NCBI RefSeq assembly: GCF_018350175.1
Contig: NC_058368.1
Span: 74,526,001-74,590,000 of the forward strand
Length of the DNA stretch: 64,000 nucleotides
Direction of reading: 5' to 3'
Origin: Felis catus
Lineage: Eukaryota
Position numbers and translations under genes: made by a program. Under the pieces are notes generated by a model. That model saw only the letters and a program-made list of their open reading frames with translations, was not told the DNA's origin and searched no databases. This document shows positions 38,140 to 50,103 of the stretch, in pieces (position 1 is the first letter of the stretch; each line of letters begins with the position of its first letter).

Positions 38140-38660
38140 AGTCCTAATATATCCACAGTTAAACTCATTTCATCGCCCAAACTATCTCTACTTCCTGCCT
38201 TCCCTCTTTCAGCTAAGAAATATTTCTGTTATTCACAAATGGGTGTGTTTTAGACTCTTCTCTGGCTTTCATTACACAATCCAATTGCTCACCAAGTCTC
38301 GCAGATGCTGCTTCTTCGATAGAACGCCATCTACTCCCTTTCCGCCAAACCCGCCGCCATTTTTCTAAGCCACGTTATTCTCATTTTTGCATATGGCTTG
38401 TTGCCACACCTTCTTCATTGCCTTCTGATCTTCAGTCTGATATCTGCCAAACTGTATACTCCATATTGCACCCAGAATTGTGTTTCTATCATACGAGGGA
38501 TACCACAATGTTTTCCAGTGATACAAATTCTTGAATACCTCCTTTCGCTCTTAGGGTGAAATTTAAGTTCCTGACGATACTTATTGGAGCCATTGTGGTC
38601 TGGCTCCTACTTGCCTTCCTTGCTCTTACCATTCCACCACTCCATCCTTACGCAGACGGA
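38140..38660 (+). mobile_element. L2 fragment
   Basis: ccaattgctcaccaagtctcgcagat...ccatattgcacccagaattgtgtttcta...aaattcttgaatacctcctttcgctcttaggg resembles the L2 3' region. Confidence 0.55.
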
Positions 38661-38676
38661 ACATGTACCAGTTTTT

Positions 38677-38892
38677 AAAAATTTTTTTTCAACGTTTATT
38701 TATTTTTGGGACAGAGCGAGACAGAGCATGAACGGGGGAGGGGCAGAGAGAGAGGGAGACACAGAATCGGAAACAGGCTCCAGGCTCTGAGCCATCAGCC
38801 CAGAGCCTGACGCGGGGCTCGAACTCACGGACCGCGAGATCGTGACCTGGCGGAAGTCGGACGCTTAACCGACTGCGCCACCCAGGCGCCCC
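38677..38892 (-). mobile_element. Young felid Can-SINE
   Basis: TSD atgtaccagttttt at 38663-38676 and 38893-38906. Confidence 0.97.
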
Positions 38893-41152
38893 ATGTACCA
38901 GTTTTTTAAAGGTGTGATGCTCTGTCTTGCCTTACGTTCTTTCACGAACGGTTACTTCTCTTTACAAAATATCCATTCCTTTTTTTCTTCTATTTATTTG
39001 CCTTGATAATAGCATATATCGCGCTGCAGAATTAATCCACTCAAGGCAAAAAAAACATAAGGATTTGGCTTTTTTTTTTCTTTAGGGAGTGAAAGAAGGA
39101 AAACTACTCTTAACAGAGATATAAAAATGTATTATTTCATATATGAGCTGAGTATATCCTAACAATAAAAAATTCTTTATGTCTTTTTTATGGATGACCC
39201 TGATGAACAAGTCTTCATCTAGGCCATTAGAGAAATTCTTATTCCTAAAGGATTGATTGATGTTGCCTTAAACCCCCGTGAAGTAATTTCTTAACATTAG
39301 CCATTATGAAGTTAATTTGTATGTATTGCCTTTAAATAAATTATTCCACCATGAGAGAACACAGGACATGGGCCCTTGTTCTTCATCTTCTCTGCTCGGT
39401 TTTGAGAAAGAAATACATCTATTCACATAATTGGACTTAAAAATATAAATGCCATGAAGGAATGATTTATAAAATATAAACATTAAGATGGACTTACACC
39501 CAATCTGGGCAGATGCGTTTTCAAACCAGTGTTCCGTTAGTGATGCATTATGATGGTAGATTGCATGGAGTGCTAAGAGCATGTGTCCCTGTTGCCGGTG
39601 TGAGGCTACAACTGGAGACATCAGGCATAAACAGATAATCGTAGGTGCGGTCACTGGCGTTATTGTCAAAAATGAGCACTCTCGCTGCCCAGTATTAAAG
39701 GTCACCGACCAAAGACCACTGGGGACATATCTGCCATGAAAAAGTTAGGCTAATTTAGCTCGTTGCAGTAAGAGTAGGTGCATCCCAGAAGGATTGTGGC
39801 ATCATCTCGAAAGGACTATTGGCTGGTTCTGAATTGAGTATTTTCTGGAAGTGAAGGAAACTCAGAAACTGTGTATTATAAACACTTTAGGAGGTAGGAA
39901 CATAAAATCAGGGCTAGGATTGGCACTGGTAAAAAAAAAAGGCAACAATAATACATGTCAATCAAAAGCTAGGGTTGTTTACTCATTGTTGGCTTGTGGG
40001 GTGGTTTGCCCATGTCTTTTTCCAAACATGCTTGCAATAGGGCCTAATTTGAATGTTATTCATATTCATTTGGGGATTCCTTGTTTTAACTGCCTGAATG
40101 TTGTTTTTAATTTTCTCAGAAATGATAACGCATCGCTTCCACATTGATATCAGGTTGGCCATGAGCCTTGCTTTGATCACTGGAGTATGACTGGAAGTCC
40201 TATGTGTCAGTTGTGAGGGAAATGGCTGCCATGTTTTCCCCCTTATCTCTCTTTCCCTCTGCCCTGAGACCCATCATATTACAGATCGTTCCTCCAGGCT
40301 GGGTCCTGGCATGAAGAGAACACAGAGGAGAAATGGACCCACACCAAAGGACACATAGTACATATGGAGCTGTGAGCTAGTGAGGTTTAAGGGTTGGTTT
40401 GTTCATGTTTTACTAAGCCTAAGCTGTGTGACATATAAAGTTATAAGAGCGACTTCTTGTCTACTAATAACAATTCTATGAAAAATTGCTTCATTTACAT
40501 TTTCTGTTACCTTCAAAGTAGTTGCAGGCTAGCAACTGAATTGTCAGTATACTGATTATAGATTCATCTCTCATGCACGTAATCTGTTAATAATACATAA
40601 AACTAGGTTTCCAGCATTTTAATTTACAATGATAAATATCACATTACTGGAATATTCTCGCAAAAATGTGTATCATTTTCAGAGAAATATGTCTGCCAAG
40701 AGGCAAAAAAACCTCCAAGTCCTTGTGATGTGCACATATTACTGATATAGGCAAACCTACAAGAGAAGACGAACCATGATGAAGAACTGTTTGGAAAGCA
40801 TGGAATTATTACACAACGTTTCAGTTAAATCAAATGTTTATTTGCATTACACTAAGATGCAGTAATCTTTAATATTGAACGACCTCAGGAGGAATGGAAC
40901 ATTCAACGTTGATTGGTTCTCTCTCCTCTGGACCACTCATGGTTGGCTATCCACCTTAACATTTGCACTGGTATAGGACATTATGATGGGACATAAATCC
41001 TCAGCTATCCATTCATACCTGTATGAAAATCTGGAGGTGCAAGACTTACCTTTCCATTCAACACTCTGATGGCAAAATACACATTGTCACGTTATTGGAA
41101 ACATAATTTCCTAATGCCTTCATATATGAATTGCTAGTTTTTTTTTTTTAAT

Positions 41153-41364
41153 CTTTTTTTCAACGTTTATTTATTTTTGGGGACAGAGAGAGACAGAGCA
41201 TGAACGGGGGAGGGGCAGAGAGAGAGGGAGACACAGAATCGGAAACAGGCTCCAGGCTCCGAGCCATCAGCCCAGAGCCTGACGTGGGGCTCAAACTCAC
41301 GGACCGCGAGATCGTGACCTGGTGGAAGTCGGAAGCTTAACCGACTGCGCCACCCAGGCGCCCC
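41153..41364 (-). mobile_element. Young felid Can-SINE
   Basis: TSD ctag(t)n-aat on both sides. Confidence 0.97.
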
Positions 41365-43149
41365 TAGTTTTTTTTTTTAATAGTGGCATTAAACCCTCCT
41401 AAAATGATTGAATGTTTGTCACCATGCATGCATAAAGCACATCCTATGGGACTGCTGAACATGGATTCATTGTGAAACGAAGCTTTTCAGTCAGGCAGTT
41501 AAAAAAAAAATTATTACCACCCTAGCAGATGGAACATCAGTAATTTAGTACTAATCAGCTCAACTGGTTTTACAGAATTTCTGCCTTTAATGTTCTGTGC
41601 CTTCACTGGGTATGATTTACATCCAAGCCAAGAGCAGCTTCAAAGACTGGCAGCTATCGATAGCTGACTGATGCTATCTCCATGTCATTAGTCCTTCCAT
41701 TACCAGCGATCCTTGGATCAGGTGACCAAGTCTAGCTATAGAAAAGAGCATGGCTATAAACAGTTTTTCCCTTACATGAGCCAGACTAAGACTTAGCAGA
41801 AAAAAACGGTGCACTATGAGTTTCAGACCACGAAATCACCACACCATTATTCCGTCAGCCATCGGGAAGAAGTGAGACAGATAAAGATAGACTATTTGCC
41901 GACAGAGTCATGTTTATGCAGGATGAAAGTACCAGAAACTCAAATTGGTTCAGCCACGGACTACCTACGCATCTATGCATTATCTAAAGTTTTAATAGGG
42001 TAGAGACTTGGATTTGTTTCAAAAGTTTTAGAAAAATGACTTAGCAGTGGAAGTCATTCAAAAATAATATGACTTAAACTGGGTGCAAGGCTTTGGGGAA
42101 AGTAGGGTTGTTTTGTGTTTTTTTTTTTTTTTTTTTTTAGCTTCATTTCAAGATGTTGTATTCCCCAATGTGATTACACTGAGCAGATGTTCAATAGTTT
42201 ATCCAGTTTCTTTTAAATGCCTGAATTGAAACACTTTATCCACACTAAACTTCTCTAATTTCCTTTCAACTCCAAAAGTGGAATTTGCATTAAGTAGAAT
42301 CCCAAAGGAATGTGGATTCTGTGATCTAATGCCATGCTGTTTTTGTTTAATTTAGCCACCGTTTTTAAAGGCATGGGAGCAGCATCTAGGATGTTGATTC
42401 ATAAATGTTAAGGAGCATAATGCCTTTTTTTTCAGTTTTAACTTCAGTAAGCTCTCTCTAAAGGGAATTGGAGTTGAATTACTTCTAAACAAATACCAGC
42501 AATAGCTATAACTTGGTAATCTGATATCAATCTGATAAATAGAGACAAGCTAGTTCCTTTATTTGTTGATAGACGGGATAGAATTAATTTTAGAGCTAAA
42601 TCCATTGCAGAATGTGGCAATTATCTCAAGAAATATCTGTTGTTGTTTTTTTTTATAAGCATGAAATAAACACTCTCTGTGCAAACTGTTTGCAAATGAT
42701 TTTCTTGCATTAATTTTCACTGTTGATCTGAGACCCATACTCAATGCCCATCAAGCACAAAGATTCAACTCTCTTTTGAATTAGAATTTTACCTATGTAT
42801 AATTGGATGCCAAAATGTAGCCCTAGCATTTCCTAAGAAACAGCTGCCAGAAAACTTTATGCTATAGAAATAATAACAACACCTTCACCTTATTTTTAAG
42901 GGAAGAGGGCTGGGAGAAAGGAATCATGAACTGTATTAAATTTGTGTTTTTGTTTCTTTTTATAATGATTATGCTGAAATACTGTATCCGAATTTCACCA
43001 TGGTTATGGAAATGTCGCTGCTGTATGAAAGCACTGGTCGTGTGTCCATTGAGGTCAGAAAAGAGGAATTCATTGAAAATAGATTCCTAGATCCTCTACA
43101 CTCAAATATAAATAAACTGTATTTCATCGCCACACAATCAATATGTTTG

Positions 43150-43810
43150 AAAACGTTTTAATATGGAGAACCCCAAATGTACGTTAAAATAGAAAGCATG
43201 ATATAATGAACCCAGATATATTCTTCACCCTGCCTCAAAGACTACACTATTCAATAAGATTTCATCTATATCCCCATCCACCCCAGGAGAATCCATATAG
43301 ATTCACAACAAATCCGAGTATCATTTTCATTCTATTTTTAACAATTTCAATACCTGTTTCTAGGAGATGAACTTTTTATCAAAAACATAACCATCATAGC
43401 ATTATTCTTCTTTTTAAAAATCCCTTAAAATCATCAGATACCTGGTCAGCATTCAAATTGGCCCACTTGTCCCATAAATGATTTTGTTTCACAGTTTGTT
43501 TGCTCAAATCAGGATATAAAAAGCTACGTGCTATAAGTGGCTAATACATCATGAGTCTGTTGCAATCTATATATTTTTCCTTACTGTTCACTTTTTCCTT
43601 TTGCAATGCATTTGTAGATGATACTGAGTAACAGTCCTATACAGTGCCCCATGGTCTAAATATTTATGCTTTACCTTATTGGTGCCGTATTTCATGTTCT
43701 CTGTCCTCTGTAAATTGGTAGATGCTTGGAGTAAGAGTAAAATTGAAATTTTTTTTTTGGAAAGGGTATTTTATCACTGGTTATCTAATTCTATCAGGAA
43801 GTATATAATT
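43150..43810 (-). mobile_element. Ancient L1 (L1MC/ME-like) 3' UTR fragment
   Basis: aaaacataaccatcatagcattatt...aaatcccttaaaatcatcagatacctggtcagcattcaaatt...gtttgtttgctcaaatcaggat. Confidence 0.6.
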
Positions 43811-43939
43811 ACTTTATTGATGACAAGAAGATTGATTTTTTTTGTATCCCTTTGATTTAACTAATACTGCCAAATCCATAGAAACTTTGTTTTTCAGTCT
43901 GGAAAGTCTCACCAACAGAAGTGACAGCTATGAAAATAA

Positions 43940-44230
43940 TTAGTTAATTCATTCAAAACCAGTTGAGTGCCTATCATGTACTACGGAATATTCTCTTAAA
44001 ACGGGACAAGATGGGGACACAAGGTAGTCCCTGCCCTCAAGGAGCATGCTTCAGTTGTAGGACGACATGTATCAACAATAACTACAGTATTATACAGCAC
44101 CCGTGAGCTGTGTGAGTCCAGAGAAGATGAGCATCTCTTGGTCTGGGGAAGAATTGGGAGCAGAGACCTAGTCCAGGGGAAAGATCCTCCTGGAATGCGA
44201 ACCAAGAGAGCAGGGAACTGTTGGTGTGAC
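43940..44230 (-). mobile_element. L2 3' fragment
   Basis: ttcattcaaaaccagttgagtgcctatcatgt...tccctgccctcaaggagcatgc, typical of the L2 3' end in antisense. Confidence 0.6.
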
Positions 44231-44589
44231 TGAATGATAGTTTCCATGCCAACCATTACATTAGGAATCTGTCTAGGAGGTTAGAGAACAATAGTAGTTT
44301 GGTTGGAAAGAAAAACATGATCATATGTATGGTTCAGAGAGAAAACTCTGTTATGGAAATGCCAGAATATTTACATTGAGAGAGAATTGGCAACTGAAAG
44401 GAAACAGACTCTTTAAGAAATTACTCAATATAACTACTGATTAAGAGAGTGCTAGAAATATGCAATCCAATGGAAGACATCTGAATTCAAGTACAAGTTG
44501 CATCTACTTCTCGGACTCTGTCCTATGCTACATGGTTTCAAACAAACCACCTCTCAGCATCTGAATTTTCTTATATTTCACCTGGCTAC

Positions 44590-45000
44590 CCAATCAACAG
44601 GGATTGTGTTTCAAGTTACAACAAACCCAACTCAAACGTGCATAGGGGAAAAGGAATTCATTATGTCATGTGAAATAATATTCGAGAGAACATCTGAAGT
44701 GATGTAATCCAGGGACTCCACATGTCACCAGAAACTGACATTTTTCCATCTCAGTTCTATTCACATCTATGTAAGCACCATCCCTGAGAGAGTAACATCT
44801 ACATAGCAGATTCTAGAGTCCCAAGATTATATCCTCATCCCCAAATCTAATAGAAAAAGAAGAGGTGCTGTTCCCTAAGAGTATATAGTTCGGAGTCTGG
44901 ATCCTACTGGCCTAAACAGGGTTAGTTGCGTATCCCTAGACCAGTGCCTTTGGCTGGGAGATGGGGATATACTAATTGACTTATACAATAACCACCTTCA
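44590..45000 (-). mobile_element. MLT1J/K-like LTR fragment
   Basis: ttcaagttacaacaaacccaactcaaac...aaaaggaattcatt...actggcctaaacagggttagttgcgtatccctagaccagtg. Confidence 0.5.
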
Positions 45001-45185
45001 AAATCAAAGTCTACCACCAGACAATGAAAATAAAATCCATTTAGTCAGCACTGTCTTATTCTGTCATCTATTCTAGACCCACTCTTTCATTCTGGCTATC
45101 CCTAGGGCAACGTGCAAGCCTAGGTACAGTCTGACAGCCCCTCACACCAGCTATTCTAAGTATCTTTGACTTCTGCCTCAGCAAT

Positions 45186-45350
45186 TGTGGCAGACACAGA
45201 CATATGCTCATATTCTCCCCAAGAAAGAATCACTGCTCAGGCACAAAGAAAGGGTTAGCTGACAGATTCCACCAGTAAATTCTTTGAGGGTCCACTGCAG
45301 CTTTTTATGCAAAGTGACACTATTCTCCATGTGTCCCCTGGCCAATAACA
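45186..45350 (+). mobile_element. LTR16-like (ERVL) LTR fragment
   Basis: tgtggcagacac...gctgacag...ccctggccaataac resembles the LTR16 5' part. Confidence 0.45.
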
Positions 45351-47579
45351 TTTAACATTTCTCAAGCTCCAGATATAGGAGCAGAGAGTATGGGTGTTTG
45401 TGTACATTCATGCATTTGGTCTACCTAGGTATGTACAGTGGGAGAACAGAAATTAAGAGTGCTCTTAAATTGGTTGTAGAAAGAATGGAAGCAATGACAC
45501 ATCAAGGCAGGTTGTAAAGTCAGCCAGAGAAGTAACAGACAGTCACTGAGGTAGAGTAGATTAAAAATCTATAAGGCCCCATGTATGCCTGTGGTCGACT
45601 AATTATAACTCAGATATTGGCAGTAATTCAGGCAGAGAGTATGAGAAAATTAAATAAGGTCTAGAGAGGTTTGGGATTTTGTAGAAGGCAGTGGCAAATA
45701 AGTTTTAAGATGAAAATTGTTAAGGAAAATGGATGTCAAAGAAGAGATTTTCCAGGATAAATGATAAATTTAGAAGTCTGCATTAAAAAGCTTTGAAAAC
45801 TACTTTGCCATCCACCCTCTCTGGAAATATAGTTAATATTGAAAAATGAGCAGCTTTAACTCAAAGAGGTAGTGTTAGAAGCTGTATTCTGAGGGGAGAT
45901 AATTAAGTCAATGAGGGAGAGAAAAGTCTCTGATGAAACTAAGAAACAGTAAAAGCTAAAAGCAATGAAAATGTTTGTAATAATATTAGCTGTAATGTTT
46001 TAGTCAATGTCAAAGAATGAAAGAATGGAATAGAACAACAAAATAAAAAGAAAGATTTTAAATTTCACCCAAAGACATCAAGGATAGAAACATGGCTGGA
46101 ACTATCTGCCCTTGAGATTCTGGATGGGATTGTGATGCCAGGTGGCTTCTAGAACCGAACTGGATGCACTAAGGTCACAGTACAACCATGTCTTCCAATA
46201 TGGTTGCTGGTCCTGAAGCTAGATTTTGTTTGCCACTTTTGGGGTTATTATGCAATCACCAAACCATGATTGATTATGTTCCCCATATCAACGGCTATCT
46301 GGCAAATATAATTGGCAAAGTGAATCATATTGGGTCTATAAACCCAGTCATGAGCAGTCAGCAAAGACTCGCCTTGGGACTAATTCCTGTATGAGTTTTG
46401 AAGGGTAAGTAGGAGCTAGCAAGTTCAATGAGTAACATCTCTTGTGTGGGGAAAGCATATACATATAATATACGATTATATGTCATATAGTATATGTTTT
46501 TACCCTATAAAGTAACATGTTGGGAGATATGTGTGCAGTGCTTCAGAGATGAACGTAGCATCACAGGGGACTTTTAACTAATCAATATGGCTAAGTCCTT
46601 GTGGAAATAAGGATACAAAGACAAGACTGGTGGCCAGACAGGGTGAGCAGAGCAGCTTATCAAGGACCTTGCTCACCGGGAGAAGGAATTTGAACTTGGT
46701 TCTGCACAAGAGCACTTTTAAGCAAGCGAGGCACACAGGGGTTGATGTTATAAAGAGTTCTCTGAATATTGTGAAGGACTCATTGGATGGATGTGTTGGG
46801 CACAGTTAGATGTCATTTGTCTGAAATCGGGTTGTCTGCTCTGACAGAAGAGCAGATAGTAGAAAAGTAGTATGTGGGAGATATTGTCAGGGTTCTAGCA
46901 CATTTGGAAAGGGTTGTCAGTGGGCTATTGTATTCGATGTTTATGAGAGCAAAAAGAAACAAATACAAGCAGCATGTAACCTCAAAAATATTTTGTTTAG
47001 GGATATTGACAATGCAGAGGCAATTTTTAGAGGGAAACGGCCACTGGAAAACAGAACAGAGGCACATATAAAGCAAAGTTCTCGACACTGTATCAGCCAC
47101 TGTTCCATTCTTATCTGGAATTTTCTTCACTCCAGAGTTTGTGGAGAAATCCAGTACAGAAGCAAATGTCAATTTTCCAAATATTATTTCATTTTTGTTT
47201 TATTTAGTAATAAACTCTAGCAATCTGGAAAAAAAATCATGAGTTTCATCAATATCATATGTATATTTAATATAATTAATATATGTATGCATATACACAT
47301 ACATGCATTCATATATGTAAACCGAATGAGGAAAGTGGAAACGAGAGGCAAAAGATATCCTGGCAATCAAATTGAAAAAAAAAATGTTTTTTTCTTGGAG
47401 GAATAATCAACTGTATCACATGCCTAAAATTTACCACTAGATTCAACAATAGTCATTAGTGGTGTTAAGTCTTGTTGAGATGGTGGAAACCAGTGTGTAT
47501 TGGAAATTTTTGAAAATGGATGGAAAGAAATTGGAGACAGTGATGCAGACAATCACTGTCAGTGGTTTCAAAAGGGGCA

Positions 47580-47790
47580 GTGGCACCTGGGTGGCTCATT
47601 CAGCTGAGCGTCTGACTTCGGCTCAGGTCATGATCTCCTGGTTCGTGGGTTTGGGCCCCACATCAGGCTTTGGACTGACAGCTCAGAGTCTACAGCCTGC
47701 TTTGGAATCTGCGTCTCCCTCTCTCTTTCCCTCCCCTGCTCATGCTCTGTCTCTCTCTGTCTCTCAAAAGCAAATAAACGTTAAACATTT
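47580..47790 (+). mobile_element. Can-SINE inserted into L2-like sequence
   Basis: ggcacctgggtggctcattcag...ggctcaggtcatgatctc...aataaacgttaaa. Confidence 0.94.
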
Positions 47791-48118
47791 CCAGAAAGGT
47801 AGGGCAAAGTAATGGCTTCTTGGGATGCTGGTGGGACGGTCCAGTAATGAGCAAGGAACAGATGATATGGCGATAGTGGAGAATCACTAAAATTATGCCC
47901 TATTATAAGGGGAAGAAAACAGGAGTGGAGCCCAAGTGGAAGGGGTCCCTGTATTCATGCTTACAAAAGCTCATTTCTCAGCAACACTGAGAGTATACTT
48001 GAGGTGCATTGTTACTGATTGAAAGAAAGGCCAATCACCTATGCTTATGCCCCTTTTCTGCATATGTGTAGTGTGGGGTAGACAGAAGTTTGGATTTAAT
48101 CAAGGTTTTGCATTTGCC

Positions 48119-48122
<4 letters not shown>

Positions 48123-48158
<36 letters not shown>
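48123..48158. repeat. (GA)n microsatellite
   Basis: Seen directly. Confidence 0.95.
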
Positions 48159-48162
<4 letters not shown>

Positions 48163-49574
48163 ATAAGGGATTTATGACTGTAAGGGAGGGAGGGGAGTGG
48201 TTATAAAGACTTATCATGGATTTAAGTAGGGTAAGGAAGAGAGCAAAGACATCAACAAAAATAATGGACATTAAAAATTTGGTAGACTCAATGAGCTGGA
48301 GGTCCTTCTGGATTTGAAAAGTTTATCAATTATGGTACAAGATCGAGACAGCTGGGAAGGAAGCTGGGAATGACCAGAGAGAGGCGCACGGCATTTAGAT
48401 TGGGTGGCGGCCATCACTGCTAATGACAAGATCTAGCTATGGTGTTGACGGTGACTGCAATTTAGATACACTGAGATCGAGATGAATTGGATTTTAGAAA
48501 GCTAAGCAGGCTAGTGCCAAGCTGCAAACCCAAGATGTCTTGACTACAGGACTCATACAAAAGAACCTCCCATCTTCTATGTTAGCTATCAAGTAATAGC
48601 CACTACTTGGTAACTTCCATTGGTGGGTATTGCTGCCGGGGAAATGCAACCTATTTGGGTCCTAATGAGGTGTCACTTTCCATTCGTTCCGAGAAATACT
48701 GGAGAGTTTTAACTCCGGGGAGTCCTTGGATGCATCCCCAGCAGCACCTGCTGTCATCGGGGTAGGACCCCCATCTCATTCACTGTTGACAACGCTCAAA
48801 GCAGCTTGAGGTGAGGGCTTGACCGCAAGCTAAGTTGCTTTCCGGATTTTACTTCTTAATATCTCTTTTCTTCCCCGAAGTTCCAGAAAACGTTCTTTCC
48901 TTTCACCTCACTCTCAAAATTTCAATACACGTATTACTCCTTGAGTTGTTTATTTCTGTCTGTATTCTTACCATGAATCTGTCTCATGGACTAACTCTGA
49001 AGTTCCTGCAGCACAAGGGCTATTTGTATTTAAAATACTTTTTATTTTTTATAACTCAGGGTGATTTGTATGTTGCTCAATAAATGGTATTGATATTCAT
49101 AGGTATTTGCATTCCTTAAGGGTGAAAATCATTTTTATAATTACTGACTGGTAAATGACAGTGCAGGGGTGAGCAAAGGAAAGAGGAAAAAGGTTTATTT
49201 ATATGAACACTATACCCCAGTCCACAAAAAAATAGAGCTTTGCAATATTATTCAAGTAAAAATCACGGGACTTTGCTCTTCTAGGTTTTCTGAATAGAAA
49301 TTCAGAGCCAAGCTAAATATTAGTCAGTGTGACCATGAATACCAATCATGTCATCTGCCTCTTTCTTATAACTTCTGGAAATACGTTTTAGACAAGTTTT
49401 TTACTGTTATAAAGCAAAGGGGAGAAACTCTCTAAGCGATTAATATTGTTTTACCACCTGTTTCGTAATGAATAAGATGCTAATTTAAAGAAGTTAATAG
49501 TTATCCAAATAGGTCAGAAGAAGTCATATTTCTTAAAATTATTCCTATTATTTTAAAAGTTTGAAGACAGCTTT

Positions 49575-49771
49575 TTTATTTTATTTTAGACAGAGAACAC
49601 ACAAGCAGAGAAAGGGGCAGAGGGAGAGAGAGAGAGGGGGAGAGAGAATCTCAAGCCGGATCCATGTTCAGTGCAGAACCAACAGGAGGCCGGATCCCAT
49701 GACCGCGAGATCATGATCTGAGCTGAAATCAAGAGTTGGATGCACAACCGATTGAGCTACCCAGGCATTCC
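49575..49771 (-). mobile_element. Can-SINE, older
   Basis: TSD aagacagcttt at 49564-49574 and 49773-49783. Confidence 0.93.
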
Positions 49772-50052
49772 AAAGACAGCTTTCTATTAAAAAATAATGT
49801 TCTAGAATAGCAGTTTTCTCCGTAAATGTGGGCTTATTTAGAATACATCAGTTACAGACATCTAAAAATATTCGCCAACTTTCTTCTATTCAGATATATT
49901 TCACACCACACTTAGTGCTTCTTGCAAAGGTAGATTTATAGAATTTTGGGGGTCCATAAACCTGTTAGATTACAGAAAATTTGATATTTTGAGGTTTGAT
50001 CAAATGCCTGAGTACTCTATTCCCAGAGTCTGAAGAAAACGACAAAGCATGA

Positions 50053-50053
50053 G

Positions 50054-50096
<43 letters not shown>

Positions 50097-50103
50097 AAAG
50101 AAA
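50053..50103. repeat. (GAAA)n tetranucleotide microsatellite
   Basis: About 11 units seen directly. Confidence 0.95.

Noticed and set aside
39690..39900. Possible ancient LTR fragment (also weak MaLR/L1/L2-like traces at about 8090-8500, 17260-17600, 22270-22950 and 37400-37600)
   Set aside because: Similarity too weak to assign family or boundaries by eye
41651..41666. Perfect 16-bp palindrome cagctatcgatagctg
   Set aside because: About one such palindrome is expected by chance in 64 kb (4^-8 per position), and there is no supporting context
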